A stretch of DNA of 64,000 bases from Prorocentrum cordatum (GCA_963575745.1 CAUYUJ010000148.1:62001-126000); one strand, 5' to 3'. Positions 1 to 12,700 are shown, numbered from the stretch's first letter. Made by a program: numbers and translations. The notes: generated by a model not told the origin, from the letters alone.

Positions 1-383
1 GGTTTGTGTTGTTCGTTCGTCACCTGGGGAAACCAAAAGGAACTGATACCGCTACTCCGTGGACCCCTCCTTGGGTGTGTTCGGGGCGAATCCAGCGGTG
101 GCGACGGGGGCCTCCCACGAAGCCCGAAAAGGCGAAGACGAGGCGAGGGTAGCAGTGTCGGTACAGTTTCCTCCTCTGAGCTCCTGCGGTAGCCCGTCCG
201 CAGGAAGAGCAGCGCCTCCCGCCGACGAAGAGCAACAATCCGCCAAGAATCGGTCCACGGACCCCTCCCAGGGCCCATCTGGTGAAGTTTTCCACCCTGG
301 ATCCGTTTTCGACGGTCCCGGGACCTCGGACCTGCTCGACAAAAGACCTGCTCGAACCCAAAACCTCGAATCTCCCCCCCCCC

Positions 384-483
384 CTGCAGCGCCTCCCGCC
401 AGCGCCTCGCCAGCTGCAGCGCCCGCGCGGCGGTGTTGCAGCTCAGCAGCCTGGGCTGTCTGGCGGCGCGCATGGGGGGAGGC
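384..483 (-). CDS. Exon of a pentatricopeptide-repeat (PPR) protein
   Basis: 473->384 reads MRAARQPRLLSCNTAARALQLARRWREALQ, a PPR-like helix pair (S-x-N-T-A...W-x-x-A-L). An AG lies at 485-484. Too short for the ORF track. Confidence 0.7.
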
Positions 484-889
484 CTAGCGCGAGGGGAGAG
501 CGCCACGCGACGACAGAGGGCAAGATTCAAGGGGCCCAGGGAGACGCAAATCCGCCGACCCTTCGGCGTTTGTGAGATGTTGCCGTCGTCTTCGTCGTCG
601 CCGTCGTCGTCGTGGTCGTCAGTCCCGAGAAAGCTGAGGAACGTTACGGGGAAAAGAAACGTCGTAGTTAAAACGATTCCCCCCCCCTCCTTTCCTTCCC
701 TGAAAGGGGGCGGGGCACGGCGGGGGGGTAAAGAGGGGGGCGTCCCAGGTCACGTTATCGCCCCGCGAGGGTCCCGGCGGGTCCCCGGGGGTGCTTCCAC
801 CCGTTGGACAAGAGGGACTGCAAGAACAGGTTCCCCCTGTGGGGGCCAGCCCCGGCCCCGGTCCTGGCCCGGAGGGCCCCAGTCCTGGC

Positions 890-1047
890 CTCAGGTCGGG
901 CGTCCTCCTGCAGGTGGATTCTGACAGGAAAGTTAGAAATACCCCAAATTAATCCAAAAAAGGCCAGACATGCTAGAAAGATTGTCCCCTGACTATTTTT
1001 TCATATATTTGTGAATATTTCTCCGGTAGAGGGACGTGCCCGACTTC
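890..1047. mobile_element. MITE family A, copy 1
   Basis: TIR-like ends caggtcgggcgt... / ...gtagagggacgtgcccgacttc. Flanking 8-mers gtcctggc (882-889) and atcctggc (1048-1055). AT-rich core. Confidence 0.7.
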
Positions 1048-1659
1048 ATCCTGGCTCCGGCCGTGACCCCGGCCGTGGCCCCGGCCATGACCCCAGCTCC
1101 AGCCCTGGCCTCGGCCCCAGGGTCCTGCAGGGGGGGTTCCAAGAGAGGTCCCGCCTTTCGGGTCGGCAGCACCAGCCGCAATGCCTTCACAACAGATTTC
1201 CACAGACCGCAAGATGCCTTCTGTTCTGAAATATCATCTGGATGTTCCTCTCCCCTTCCAGTTCCCATATACCCACATCCGTGGGAATCCACGTTCAGCT
1301 CTGTCTGTGCCTATTTCTCCCTCCTACGAGATGTCTATCAATTTCAACTGCGTCTTGGAGTTTACAGCTCCCTGCCCATAAACAAGGTGTGCAGTGGGCA
1401 CATGCTTTCCCCATAACAACTTCAACTCGGTCTACTGGCGCCCCTTACCAGAACGTCCAACACGCTATGGAACTGGAGACCACTCTTGTACGCAGACGTT
1501 TTGGAGGCGGGGGCGTCCCCTGCAGGAAGCAGAAAAAAGGCTTTCACTGAATGGCCCAAGGGGCTCAACAAAAAAGGGCTTTTGAAAAGCGGACTCCGCG
1601 GACCCCCCCCCGCGTTCTCAGGAGGCGCCCCCACTGGCGCCGCCCCCCTTGGGCGCGCC

Positions 1660-1914
1660 GCCACGCTGTATGCCGCGAAGCTCCATGTCTTCTACCAGTA
1701 CCAGCGCCTCCTTCCAGCGCGGTTCCTCCAGGAGAGAATCGATGCAGCACGCGCTCGCCGCGCTGGCGAACGTGATGGCGTCGCGCTCCACGCCGCTGCG
1801 AACGGCCACTGCGAGGAAGCTCAGCGCGCCGCGCCACTCCGAAGCTTCGCTGCAGGCGCTGATGATGGCGTTCTGCATGACGCGGTCTGGCAGCAGGCCG
1901 GCCTGTCGCGTCAC
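1660..1914 (-). CDS. PPR protein exon (about two repeats)
   Basis: VTRQAGLLPDRVMQNAIISACSEASEWRGALSFLAVAVRSGVERDAITFASAASAC...RWKEALVLVEDMELRGIQ matches the PPR consensus (PD-x-x-x-N-x-x-ISAC, W-x-x-AL). cag|GTG acceptor at 1914. Confidence 0.85.
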
Positions 1915-1963
1915 CTGCTCGAAAGCCTGAGCAGCCTTGGCACGGGGGAAACCGGAGTTTCAC

Positions 1964-2180
1964 GTTCGATCGGGCATGCCCCCCTACAGGCGAATTTTGG
2001 ACGAAAAATAAAACAATACCCCCAGAGCGTGCAAACATTATCAAAACGCACAACACATCTTCCCCAGACTATCGGAAATCGTTCATCGAAAATTTGCAGC
2101 ATTACCAACATTCAGTGCAATTCATAGAAAAATGTGACATGTTACGAATATTCCCCCTGTAGAGGGAAACGCCCGACTTG
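1964..2180. mobile_element. MITE family A, copy 2
   Basis: Ends tcgatcgggcatgcccccctacagg / cctgtagagggaaacgcccgacttg. Flanking 8-mers agtttcac and agagtcac. Confidence 0.7.
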
Positions 2181-3799
2181 AGAGTCACGGGCCCTGGACC
2201 TGGGGGCCCCCCTTGCCCCCCCAGGACCAGTCATCCGCGCCGAAGCGTTGTCAGCCAGGGTCCCTCGATGCCCTTGGACGGCCCCGACAAGGCCGACCAC
2301 GGCGAGACACCTCAGGACCCGTTTCCCGCGAGACCCGCTCACTGGAGGATAAAGAGGAGGAGGAGGGGGACGGGTAGGAGGAGGAGGAGGAGGAGGAGGA
2401 GGAGGAGGAGGAGGAGGAGGAGGAGGAAAAGGAGGGGGAGGAGGAGGAGGAGGAAGAAAAGGAGGAGGAAGAGGAGAAGGAGGGTACAACGCTGCAGAAA
2501 AACGTCGCGCAACGCACAACCGCACTGTAAATACCGGGCGAACCGCGAGGGCCCCCCCCCCGCATTCGCTCCAAAGGCGCCTCCCGCCCACCCTGATGAT
2601 CTCGGCGGGGGACGACGTGCGACTGCGACGACGGCGGCGGCGGCGCGGGGCGGTCCAGCATGGCCGTCGTAGACAGGGGCGCGCGCGCGCGCCACTCTGG
2701 CTCCGACGGCGACGACCGCCCCCACCCCCGAGACGAGGAAATGCAACCGAGGTTTTGTTTAAGGCACCACGGCCAAACGCCCACGGGCCAAAGATGCCAG
2801 TCCAGAAAGTTCGGGGACCAGGCCGACAAAAAAAAACTGGCAGCCAAGAGCCGCAACCAAGAAACTTCGGGATCTCTCGCCATGGGGGGCCTGGGCTGGG
2901 AAATCTGCCTGGATCCTGGGCGCCCCTCGTCAGAGGGCGAAGCCTGGCCAGGAACAGCTTCCGATCCCTCCGAGCGTGCTCACCCAGGGGAACGACAAGG
3001 GCGCAATCGAGCAAGAGCTGCCCAGCCTGACGCGTGGTATACTATCCATACTTCATACACAAAACAGCATTCCCTGGACTCATCCATGGGTAATGGCCTC
3101 GACCACGACACGACATCACCCTGCCTTGTGGCGGCAGTTGGGCCGCAGGCGCGGTGGCATCAGAGATCCCGGCAAAGCCTGGCCGCGGTCCAGCACACTG
3201 TCGCTTTCGATGGGGGCTCAGGGACGGGGGCCGGAAAAAGGGGGCCCGAACACCGCCGTGGACCGCACGGGCCAAATCAGCCGCAGCAGGCGCACGACTG
3301 GCCACAACTGGATGGAACTGCGCCTTCGGCCGCGCACTCTTGACGGGCGGCGACGGCGATTGCATCCGCGGGAGGCCAGCAGGCCCAGGTAACCGAGGCC
3401 TGACCACACAGTCCCTCGAAGGGCTCGGAAACGGGGGGCGCTTCGGCCTCTCCACCTCCCCAGGAGGGGGCAAACTTCCCTGAGAGCCACGAGGGGGCAC
3501 GCCACGGGCGGGGCAAACTAAATTGGAAAAGCGGCGAACACTCGCCTGGGTTCGGGCGCCTCACTTACAACAATCGCACCGCCAGACGCTCTGGCGCACC
3601 GGAGAAATACACGCGTTGAATGATTTGGGAGGTCCGCAGCCCTCGCGCTGGAAACCATTATGGCACCCATTTTTCGCGACCTCTTGAAAATGTCCACGCG
3701 TCCGCGTGAGGTGCGCGGTGTGAGCCTGTAACCACCGTTTCAAAGTGCCCCGATCGGACTTCAGGGCTATCTTCATGGACGTGAACGCAGCACGGCTAG

Positions 3800-4160
3800 C
3801 CGAATGAAGGCCCCGACCTTGCCGAGCCGCAACGTCGGCCCACCTGCGAGAGCCTTTGGAGTCCCCCGCTTGATGTCCCCTCGCAGGGGTGACTTGGATG
3901 GCCTCTCCAAGGCCTCCGGGTCGCCGTGCTTCTGCCAGATGTACACATGAATGGGCAGTGCACATAATTGCATGACCTTTAGAAATGCGTACAAGTCTGA
4001 CCTTGGTGAGCTCTGAACGGGTCCTGGTAGGGCTCCATACGGCGGTGGCTGGATATCTCGAATAGAGCATTTAACGAAACCCCATCCAGCCCGAGTGGCC
4101 TCGGGCCAGCACCGAGCTTTTCTGCGCGCGCGCCATGCGCGTAGATGTCTCCAGCGACGA
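3800..4160 (-). pseudogene. RNase H domain of the LINE
   Basis: Frameshifted motifs GDIYAHG (decayed YTDG), GWMGF, LYGALPGPVQSSPRSDLYAFLKVMQLCALPIHVYI, and RWADVAARQG (decayed GNxxAD). Confidence 0.75.
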
Positions 4161-5079
4161 GGTCAAGCGAGCCGCGCATGATGCGCCGCCGCCCACTGTC
4201 ATCTCGACAAAGCACGGGCGGCGCGCAAGATCGAAGAGCCATGCCTCGATTCCAAAGCCAAGAGCCATGCTTGCGAAGAGGAAAGCCTCGCGTGTCCACG
4301 CATCGCATGGCCTCTCGCTGAAGGTCGGCGCGTCCGTCGCACCCCCATGCCAGGCGATATAACGCGCGTGCCTCGCACTCACATGGTGGACAACATGGCG
4401 TGCGCACATGCCCATGCTGATAAAGACGATGAGGGAACCATGAACCACCTCCCACCAGAGCCCGTAAGAGCCCAGCTTCAGCGACCGGTAGCCGCGGGCC
4501 TTCAGGGTCCAGCTCAGGAACTTCATCGGGGTCAGGAAGGCGGTTCTTCACAAGGCCAATGGTGGGCTCCATCCAGTGTCCCCGGGCCCCCCTGGGGCCC
4601 ATGCCGTCTTCCTCGGGATTGGCGCGCTTGCTCAAGTCAACCCGTGAACGACGCACGGCGGCAGCGCTGGCAAGGTCGCGAACTGCAGCGGGCGCATCCG
4701 CAGTCGTGTCGACGTGGTCGCCCACGTCTGCAACTAAGCTCGGGGCCGACGTGATTCTCCAACCTATGGCCTGAACAGCATGCAACATAGCACCGGTGGG
4801 CCCTGCCACATGAGCCCAAGGCTTAAGAGGCCTGCAAGACGCGAAACACCTGGCGACGCAAGGCCTTACCTAAGGCCTTGCGTCGGCTCGGTGCCTACCT
4901 AAGGCCTAAGTGCGACCGAATCCTCGGTCTCGAAACAGTAGGGCCCACTGAAAGATCGGCTTGACCCAGCAAGCGACCTGGGGGCCCTCGCACATGGGGT
5001 CCTGAAGACACGACGTAAGCCAAGCCGAAATGGTGGATCCCGGCGCATACCGCGTGCCCCTCATGGCCCCCCCCCACGG

Positions 5080-6200
5080 CCTCAACCAGCTGTGGCGGGG
5101 CCCCGTGGGCCCCGACCCCATTGCTGCATAGCCGATGGGAGAGCCTGCTTAACGAAATGCACCGTCAAAGAACCAGCCTTTTGAAATCTTCGAAACCGAG
5201 GCGTGCGCTCTGTCGCGTGACCGATGCGAGCCCGAAGACGACCACGCCGAATAGGGCGACCCGCATTCAACACGACCCCAGGAACATCCAGAGCTGATCA
5301 ATACTGACAACCATAGCGCCCGATCCCCTTGACAATCTACTTGCCCATGTGAGCCGAGCTACGGGTAAGCGACATCTTGTGCTCCGCAGGCGGCAAGCCC
5401 ACCGTGCGCATCATGGCGACCAGAACGGAGAGGAGGGACGAGGCAGCATCCACAATCATAGCATCGGACCCGCCGCCGCAATCGTGATATCGTCGGCGAA
5501 AACTTTTAGCGATCTCTGAATCGAACTGGCGTGCCTGAACAGAGAGCCGAATCCCCGGCGTCACGCACTGCAGGCAGACCATCGCAAAAGAGCATCCTGC
5601 TAGTACACCCCGCGAGGCCCACGCTGCGGGCGAATAACTCGCACCCCACGGGAGACGACGGACAGCGGCACACATACGGACTGCAACGACCATGAGAGCA
5701 GAAGGGGCGCCGCGCTGGACTGCTGAACCGAGTAGCCGCCTCCGCGGCACTTGATCGAAGCACTTTTCGATGTCGCTGATAGCGTGCGCCGCGCAAGTCG
5801 AATCCGCCACCTCCACGGAGGTCGATTCTGCCAGTGCCAGATGTCTTGCCGCGGCGCCCGCGGTGCTGCCTGAACTCCCAAGGCGAGGGAACTGCGACCG
5901 AGAGAGCCGGCCCAGGATCTGACCCAGTTCAGACGAGCTTCCCCCCAGACTCGATAAATCGACGGTAGCAGCGCTGTGGGGCGGTAGCCCCCCGACGTCT
6001 CGAGCAGGAGGGCGATGTGCGCATGTGCTAGCAGCGAGGGCCAGTGGCCCCTAGTCTCACATACATGCATCAGATACTCCAAGGCCGTCAGAGTCCCACT
6101 GGAAGCTACAGACCAATGTCGAGGTCACAATACATCAGCACATACTGCAGTGCCCACTGGAAACTGCGTGGCAGCCAGCCGGAGTACGCTGATGCTCAAG
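5080..6200 (-). pseudogene. Reverse transcriptase domain of the LINE
   Basis: ALLLETSGGYRPTALLPSIYRVW (domain 1-2), DIEKCFDQV (domain 3), RGVLAGCSFA (domain 4), LKVFADDITI (catalytic FADD at 5500-5489, in a frame absent from the track), LGVVLNAG (domain 7). Several frameshifts. Confidence 0.9.
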
Positions 6201-6999
6201 GGCGGCAGCCATGGGCCCTTGCCGAGCAACCCCCGAGGATTCCTAAGGAGATCGCCCCCAAGACTGTCCAGGAGGATGGCCCGATAATTCTGCGGCTCAG
6301 CGCCAATGCCCTCCCAAAAGGAGCCCCGCGAGGCCCGCTGCGCAGTGGCAGTGCCATCAGGAATGCTGCGAGCTGCCATCCACGAGGCTCGGCCAAGCGA
6401 TGGGCCGCGCCCGACCTGTCGCCGGGCGCCTTCCTTAGCCGCGACGAGAAAGATGCGGACCGCGCCGCGCCGAGTCGTCGCTCTTCTGGTTTGGCCAGCT
6501 GGCCGCGAGAGCTGCCGAGGAACAGCGGCAAGTTAGTGTGGCACTCGACGGGCTGCGAGACAATGCGCGCGATGATGCGCCCATGATATTTCACGAGGTA
6601 GTCAGGCATTGATGCGCGAAGACGCCCATCCCGCCCATTTCCCCCCGCGGAATTCACGAAGCGTGCCCGCGCACGCGCGCGCGCCGCGCTGCTGGGCTCA
6701 AGACGCGCATGCCGTAGGTCACGCGCGTGCAACTGCAGCGTGCAGAGAGCCCATGAGTACCTAGTGCCACTGGGTTGCTGCCGTGCCACAGCTCCCCCCG
6801 CGGTAGGTAGGGCCTTCGACGCGGCCTGCGCGGGTGGCTCCCTGCGTCAAAGAGCGGCAGCATCTCAGCTTCCACTTTCCGGCGCCAATCAGAAGCCCAC
6901 TGGGCCACCGGCGAACCTCGCCCCTCAAAAATCACCTCGCCATAGCTGCCCCCCAGGTCGCAGGCCGGCGCTGCAGACGGGGGGGCAGGGGGGCCTGAG

Positions 7000-7700
7000 G
7001 CCCAAGTTGGCATCAGACCTGCCGCGCTCGAGGTCGAGGTCCGAGCGACGCTTGAATCGGATAGTGAACGCGAACAGGGCACCCTCAGCAGACGCAGTGC
7101 TCGCTCATCACGGAAGCGAGGCAGTCAATGGCATGCCAGAAGTCGATTTTGGAGTAGTTGCCCGAGCCTGGGCCCCGACATGCGCCCTCATCAGTAGCAA
7201 CAGTCCTCGCGCCCAACGCGGCGGCGAGAGACGAATTGTCGGGGGCCTCGCGGCGACGAACGGCAGGGCGCAGTGGCGGGGGCGCGCGCCAAACCTCAAG
7301 ACGCGGCTGGCGCCTGCGCCTCCGAGCTCCAAGCCTTGCTCAAGGTGCGACGTGGCCGCGACAAAGCCTCCGCGAGGTCCAGCATGGACCAGCACTGCCA
7401 CGCTGCAAGCTGGGACCACAACGTGGGAGCTTAGGCGCGCCGACAGCTCGATGACCCCGGTGCGCCCCCTGACGAACAGTCCCACGCCTGCGCGCGGTCG
7501 ATCAGCATCGCGAAGAAATGCATATGAGATGACACGTTCCCAGCCGCGCTGGATGCACCACTCCTCCTCTGAGGGCGGCCGTTCCCGAAAAGGCGCAACT
7601 CCTGCGCAGCCGCGATGGGGGCGCGGCAGGCCGCCGAGGAAGTCGCTCGCCTGCGGCCACCCCGAGCTGCTGCAACTCACCATCAAAAGGTTACGTTTGG
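7000..7700 (-). pseudogene. Apurinic-like endonuclease (APE) domain of the LINE
   Basis: NLLMVSCSSSGW (motif I-like), AGVGLFVR (GGVAI-like), GGFVAATSHL, and KIDFW near 7140-7150. Positioned upstream of RT. Confidence 0.55.
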
Positions 7701-8522
7701 CGCGCTTGAGACCGCGCCCTTGCCGCGCGAGCTCTGCGCGTCCAGCGCGCCCCCCAGAACTGCGACGCTTCCCCCCGTTATCTCTTTCTGGAGGCCTGCG
7801 CGGGCCCCCGTCGCGCCGGTGGGGCGGGTCTACAGCCCGAAGGGCACGTGGGGCCCTGAGCAACGCGCTCCCGGCCCACCCCCAAGGCGCATGGCCGATG
7901 CCCAAAGTTGAGAGCATGACACTACCGATGGGGCCCTGGCGAACATGGCGCGCTCGAGGCCCTGGGTAGACGCTGAACAAGTAGATGAGGAGCTGCCAGT
8001 GCTGCCATTCGCCTTAAGCCCCTTGCCATTGGTGTGAGTCTGCACTGGATCCTGTGAAACTGAATGCGCGTCACCATGAGCTTCTGATGGCCTCTCGCCG
8101 CTCAAAGAAGTCGATGACGCAAGAAGAGAAGGCCCAGCAACACGGCGGTGATCATCTCGACTGGGGTCAAAATTTCGAACCACCCCATCGCCAGACAACC
8201 GATCCCATAGCAAAACTATTTCACGTGGTCCCAGGGGCTGATGCTGGCGCCACTTCAACGTCATCTCGTGACTGCTGGGCGTCCAAGAGCGCTTCCCATG
8301 GGGCGACGGTAGCAGAAGCCAAGCCAGTAGGAAACTGATGCCGACAAATCGGCTGCTCTCCCGGCGGGCCCGGTTGCTGATGTGCCGGCCGATGCTGTGC
8401 CAAGGCGGACTGTAGCTGTACCGCATGCGCCCCCTGGGGCTGGCAAAAAAAGCCTGAGCGTTCTTAGGCGTGGTCGAAGGACCTGCATCGACAATGGTCT
8501 CCAGTCGCGCAAGGGCTTCGTC

Positions 8523-9170
8523 AAAGTCCCACCAGCCCTCTGGGCGTCGGTGGTTTAGAGCGTTTCCTCTTCCACCCCTCCTTCTTCCCCTTCGGGGAGG
8601 GGTTTACCCCTCCCCCGACCCCCTCCCCACTGACCTGGACAGGGGCCTCCGCGGCGCGCTGGAGCGCCCAATATCGACCCCTGGGAAGGCTAAAATTCGA
8701 CACCCCTCACGAGGATCGTGGCTCCTGGGGGGGGACTCTAATCAAGGAACCCCTCTTTTTTGATTGATTTCCTCCACGATGGCCGCAACAGGCCCCCAGG
8801 ATGCCCCAAGAGGCCGCAGGATGGCCCCAAGATGACCCCAAGAGGCCCCCCAAGAGGCCCCCAGGAGGCCCCCAAGAGACCCCCAAGAGGCCCCAAGAGA
8901 CCCCCCAGAGGCACCCAAGGTGCTCCCAGAGGCCCCAAGATGGCCCCAAGAGGCCCCAAGAGGCCCCCAGGAAGCCCCAAAGAGGATCCCGAACGGCCCA
9001 CAGAGGCCCCCCGAGGCACCCAAGACGCCGAAAAGCCCCTCAGGACGACCCTCTACTCGCCTGGGCGTCGTTTCTGGACGGGCCGGTGGGGATTTATTTT
9101 TCTTACAGCCGCAAGCAGAAGCGCCAGCGGCGGAAGGTCAACCGGTGGGGATACGCGAAGCGTCTAGAAT
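8523..9170. mobile_element. Non-autonomous repeat nested in LINE ORF1, with a (cccaagagg)-rich core
   Basis: Starts aaagtcccaccagccct, with a near-identical start at 53095. Ends acgc-gaa-gcgt-ctagaat. Interrupts LINE ORF1-like sequence present on both sides. Confidence 0.65.
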
Positions 9171-9645
9171 TAGTCTCAACTCCCTGACGAGGTGGGCGCC
9201 CAGTAGCCAGTGCAGCAGCACGAGCACCAGCAACTTCTGAACGAATCTTACCGAGGTCGGCAGTGGCGGTCTCCAGCTCGGCGGCCTTAGTGTCTAATCC
9301 TGCATGAGTCTGTAGACCAGCTCTTGAAGGGCCGATACCTCGCGATGGCAGCCTGACGGTCGAAAGCTCGACAAAGGAGACCGTCAGGTGTGCGTTGAGT
9401 TCGTTCAGCTGCTTCGCGGCCACCAGTAGGGGGCTGAAATCTTCAAGCCCGAGCCTGCGCAGCGCCGACATGGCCTTACGTGCTCGAGTGACGGCATCTG
9501 AGGCAGAGGCGTGATAAGCCGATTCGTCCTCGGCCTTATCCTTCCCCTGCTATGTTTTCCCCCGGCCTGATGACGGGCCACGAGAAAGTCGACGTTGAGA
9601 TCTGTCAGGCGGCCCAGCTGGATCAAACTGCCCAGATGTGTCTCT

Positions 9646-9780
9646 TCCACACATATAGCACCGCGCCACATTGGCGAAATTGCGGGTGTACCCACACTGG
9701 CGAGTAGCCAAGCAAGCCCAACGAGGTTCACGCGCGCCATCTTGAAACCCACGTCCGCCTCGCACCGCTGGGGGCACCAT
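9646..9780 (-). pseudogene. LINE ORF1 N-terminus with a RanBP2-type zinc finger
   Basis: ATG at 9780: MVPPAVRGGRGFQDGAREPRWACLATRQCGYTRNFANVARCYMCG, resembling the RanBP2 W-x-C...C...N...C-x2-C pattern with slightly non-canonical spacing. Confidence 0.7.
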
Positions 9781-10261
9781 GGGAGGTGACGAGCCGTGGT
9801 GACGACGTAGCAATAGACGAGCAGCGTCCAATCGCAGTAATTGTCGAGCCTTCTGCCTGAATCGTCGCAGACGGCGATGCCAGGCTGGAAAGCGATTCCG
9901 CGACTGTGTCGTCCTTGCAGCAGTCAGAGCTCCCGCGGCACAGGATGACGACACCGAGGGCCCCCAGCACGTCGCAGTGCGGGCAGCGACTTGGCCGAAA
10001 CGCCAGGTCGCTCCTGCCGCGCGTGGGGGCGGCAAAGACCTGGGGGCTATCACACGGCGGGCGCCCGCCGCGAGGGGCAAAATGCCTGCGGGGCCGCGCA
10101 GCAAGTCACCCGGGAGAAGGAGGAGGAGGAGGAGGAGGAGGAGGAGGAGGAGGAGGAGGAGGAGGAGGGGGAGAAGGAGGAGGAGGAGGGGGAGAAGGAG
10201 GAGGAGGAGGTGGAGGAGGAGGAAAAGGAGGAAGAGGAAGGGGAGGAGGAGGAGGAGGAGC

Positions 10262-10512
10262 CTGCCGCCACTCGCCCGCCTGGCCGCACGCGCCCGCGGC
10301 GACGCCGCGGCTGATCAGGCCCAGCTCCGCCCCCGCGGCGGAGGCGCCCGCCAGGAGCAGCAACGCCTGCTGCCACTCGCGGCTCGCCGAGCAGGCTGCC
10401 AGGCCGTGGTGGAAGGCCGCGGCGACGCCGCCCTTGTGGAGCCCCGGGCGGCGCCAGCCCCTGCCCTCCGAGGACAGGTCGGCCAGGGCCTGCCCCCAGC
10501 ACGACCCCGAGC
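10262..10512 (-). CDS. PPR protein exon
   Basis: SGSCWGQALADL...AAAFHHGLAACSASREWQQALLLLAGASAAGAELGLISRGVAAGACGQAGEWRQ. Acceptor ccag|G at 10512; donor CAG|gc at 10261, followed at once by a (CCT)n tract. Confidence 0.8.
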
Positions 10513-10769
10513 CTGGAGGGACAGCGCACGGCACGAGGGGGCCGATTGGGCACGAGACCCCTCCGAGGGACACACTGCCATGGGAGTGCAGACGGCATGG
10601 GTCGCGAAACCCAGGACACACGGGTACCCTTGAGTTGGCAAGGTCGGCCCACTAATCAACCTCGACTGTAAATACTGTCGGAGCTCCGCGCTTACTCCTC
10701 GGATCCCGCGCTGGGACCCCTTCCTGGCGCGATGAGGCCGCCAAGGGCGGCGCCGGAGGTGCCGCTAAG

Positions 10770-11070
10770 AGATCCGCGCGGAGAACCGAATGCATTTGTT
10801 TTCTTCGAGATCCAGGGGATGTTTATTTTTCATGTTGGAGAGGAGGAGTGTGAGCGGATGGCGAAGCACGATGACAAACTCGGCGACTGAGGAAAGCCGC
10901 GAAACTGCCTTCGAGATCCAGGGAATCTGCGGAGAACCGAATGCCATTGGTTTCCCCTCGAGATCCAGGGGCTGTTTTTTCTTGAAGGGAGGAGTGGCAG
11001 GGGACACCGCAGCACGTTGACAAACTCGGCAACTCAGGTGGAACGCAGCTGCCTTCGAGATCCATGGCAT
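10770..11070. repeat. Degenerate tandem repeat (about 2 units of 150 bp) built on gagatccaggg
   Basis: gcggagaaccgaatgc...tcgagatccagggg...tgacaaactcggc...tgccttcgagatcca occurs twice. Confidence 0.7.
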
Positions 11071-11519
11071 GTGCGGATGTGCGAGTATGGAAGCAGAGCC
11101 GGACGGAGAAACCTGGAGGGTGACTTCTGGCGTTCTGGGTATGGCGCGCCACGAGACCAGCGCGTCCCTCGGACACACGAGCAAGAGGAGCGAACAAGAA
11201 TCAAGGCATCCCAGTACGGGGCTAGCACCGCGTGGCATTGAAATGTAGATCCGACAAGATGGGCATCATCAAGTATTCGAGTAGGAGATCGACTACATAT
11301 TTGCCGTACTCAACAGTTAAATACTTGTATATTCGAATGTGATGTAACCTGGAGTTTTCGTTGACCTACTAACACAGAGCATGTGTTGTTGTAGTGTCGA
11401 CGAAGAAACATGTTTGAGATGAATCAAGTCTGTAGTCGGTCCCCTACTCCAACTGCGGATCCTGTCAAACCTGGAGGGTGAAGGGGGCTCTGGATGGGGC
11501 ACGAGGGCGAAAAAGGTGG

Positions 11520-11620
11520 AACGTGAGCGGGGCGTCCAACGAGTGGACGGCCGCGTGCAGGAGCACGATCCCCCCCAGTTCGCGAGGCCTCCCCCTTGGC
11601 ACTGCAGAACGCGCTCCTGC
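11520..11620 (-). CDS. Possible PPR exon
   Basis: RELGGIVLLHAAVHSL resembles the PPR helix-A pattern of neighbouring exons. GC-rich island in AT-richer intron sequence. Confidence 0.35.
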
Positions 11621-12504
11621 ATTGCTCAAGCTCGCACTTGACAAGTAGGACATCTACTACATCACATAGCTACCCAGACACATGTTTCTTCGAGTCGACA
11701 CCGACGAACCTAGAATGTCTTGTATAGCTACGAGACATTAAAGGTTATCTTCGCAGATTCGGCGAAACACATTGAGGGTACATAAGTGATGTATCATACT
11801 CGAACTGGTCATGGTGACGACGCATGATGTGACAAGACAAAAAAATCCTGCGGAATGCCGGGCTTTCTGAAACGTGCGCCGATGAAATCGTATACCACGT
11901 TTGATCGGTCCGCCATTTCGCCCACCGTCGGCGTTTGCGCTGCTACCTCTTCCTATCTCCACCATTCGGGTGAAATGACTATTCGGCCGGCCTGTGCCTG
12001 GACTTGATAAGCATGTGTACGCTTCGTGGTATGCATTGAACGGCCGTGCATATTTCTTGTGAACCAGGAACGACCGTCCCCGCATTCCTTTAGGCCTATC
12101 ACACCATGTTCTGAAAACCAGAGTATCCTTCTACTAACATGAACAATGCTCTTAGGTCAGAGACGCCGATGTACTACCACAGGACGAGCTCGACCAGACA
12201 TGGTCCAAGGACATGTCGTGCAAGCCGCAAAGGGTTCCTGGAGCATGCTCTGGTGGGCCTCAAGAGGAAAGCCAGGACGCCTCGCCGCTGCTTGAAAAGG
12301 CGAAAGCCCACCCCCACCCCCAGTCGGACCCCATTCCCGAACCCGCGATCCAGGGGGTCGGGACTGGGGGTGGGGGTAGATTCTCGGGGTCCAGGAATGG
12401 AGCAAACTCACCCCCACCCCAAAAACCCGATCCCCCTGCGGGTTCGGGGATGGGCGTCGGGACCGGGGGTGGAGGCGGGTGGTCGCCTTCTGACTGCTCG
12501 CTTG

Positions 12505-12700
12505 CAGCTTTGCTCTTCCGGGAGCGCCGCAGGCGCCCAGGGCGTCCACGCGCGCGACGTCGGGCGGCAGCCCGCAGGCGCGCGCCCCCTCCACGAGGCT
12601 CAGGGCCCCCGCCCAGCACCCACCCGCGGAGGCGGCCCGGACCGCCACGCGGTGGGTGACGGCATCGGCCCGCAGCCTCTCTTGGCGGCGGCCGCATCCA
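12505..12700 (-). CDS. PPR protein exon
   Basis: RQERLRADAVTHRVAVRAASAGGCWAGALSLVEGARACGLPPDVARVDALGAC. Confidence 0.75.

Larger units (their letters stand above)
3500..9990 (-). mobile_element. Decayed near full-length non-LTR retrotransposon (ORF1 zinc finger, APE, RT, CCHC-like motif, RNase H) inside a PPR-gene intron
   Basis: Domains occur in the expected order across several frameshifted minus-strand ORFs (see sub-features). No LTRs seen. Ends approximate. Confidence 0.85.

Noticed and set aside
6740..7969. 409-aa plus-strand ORF
   Set aside because: Antisense shadow of the minus-strand LINE endonuclease region.
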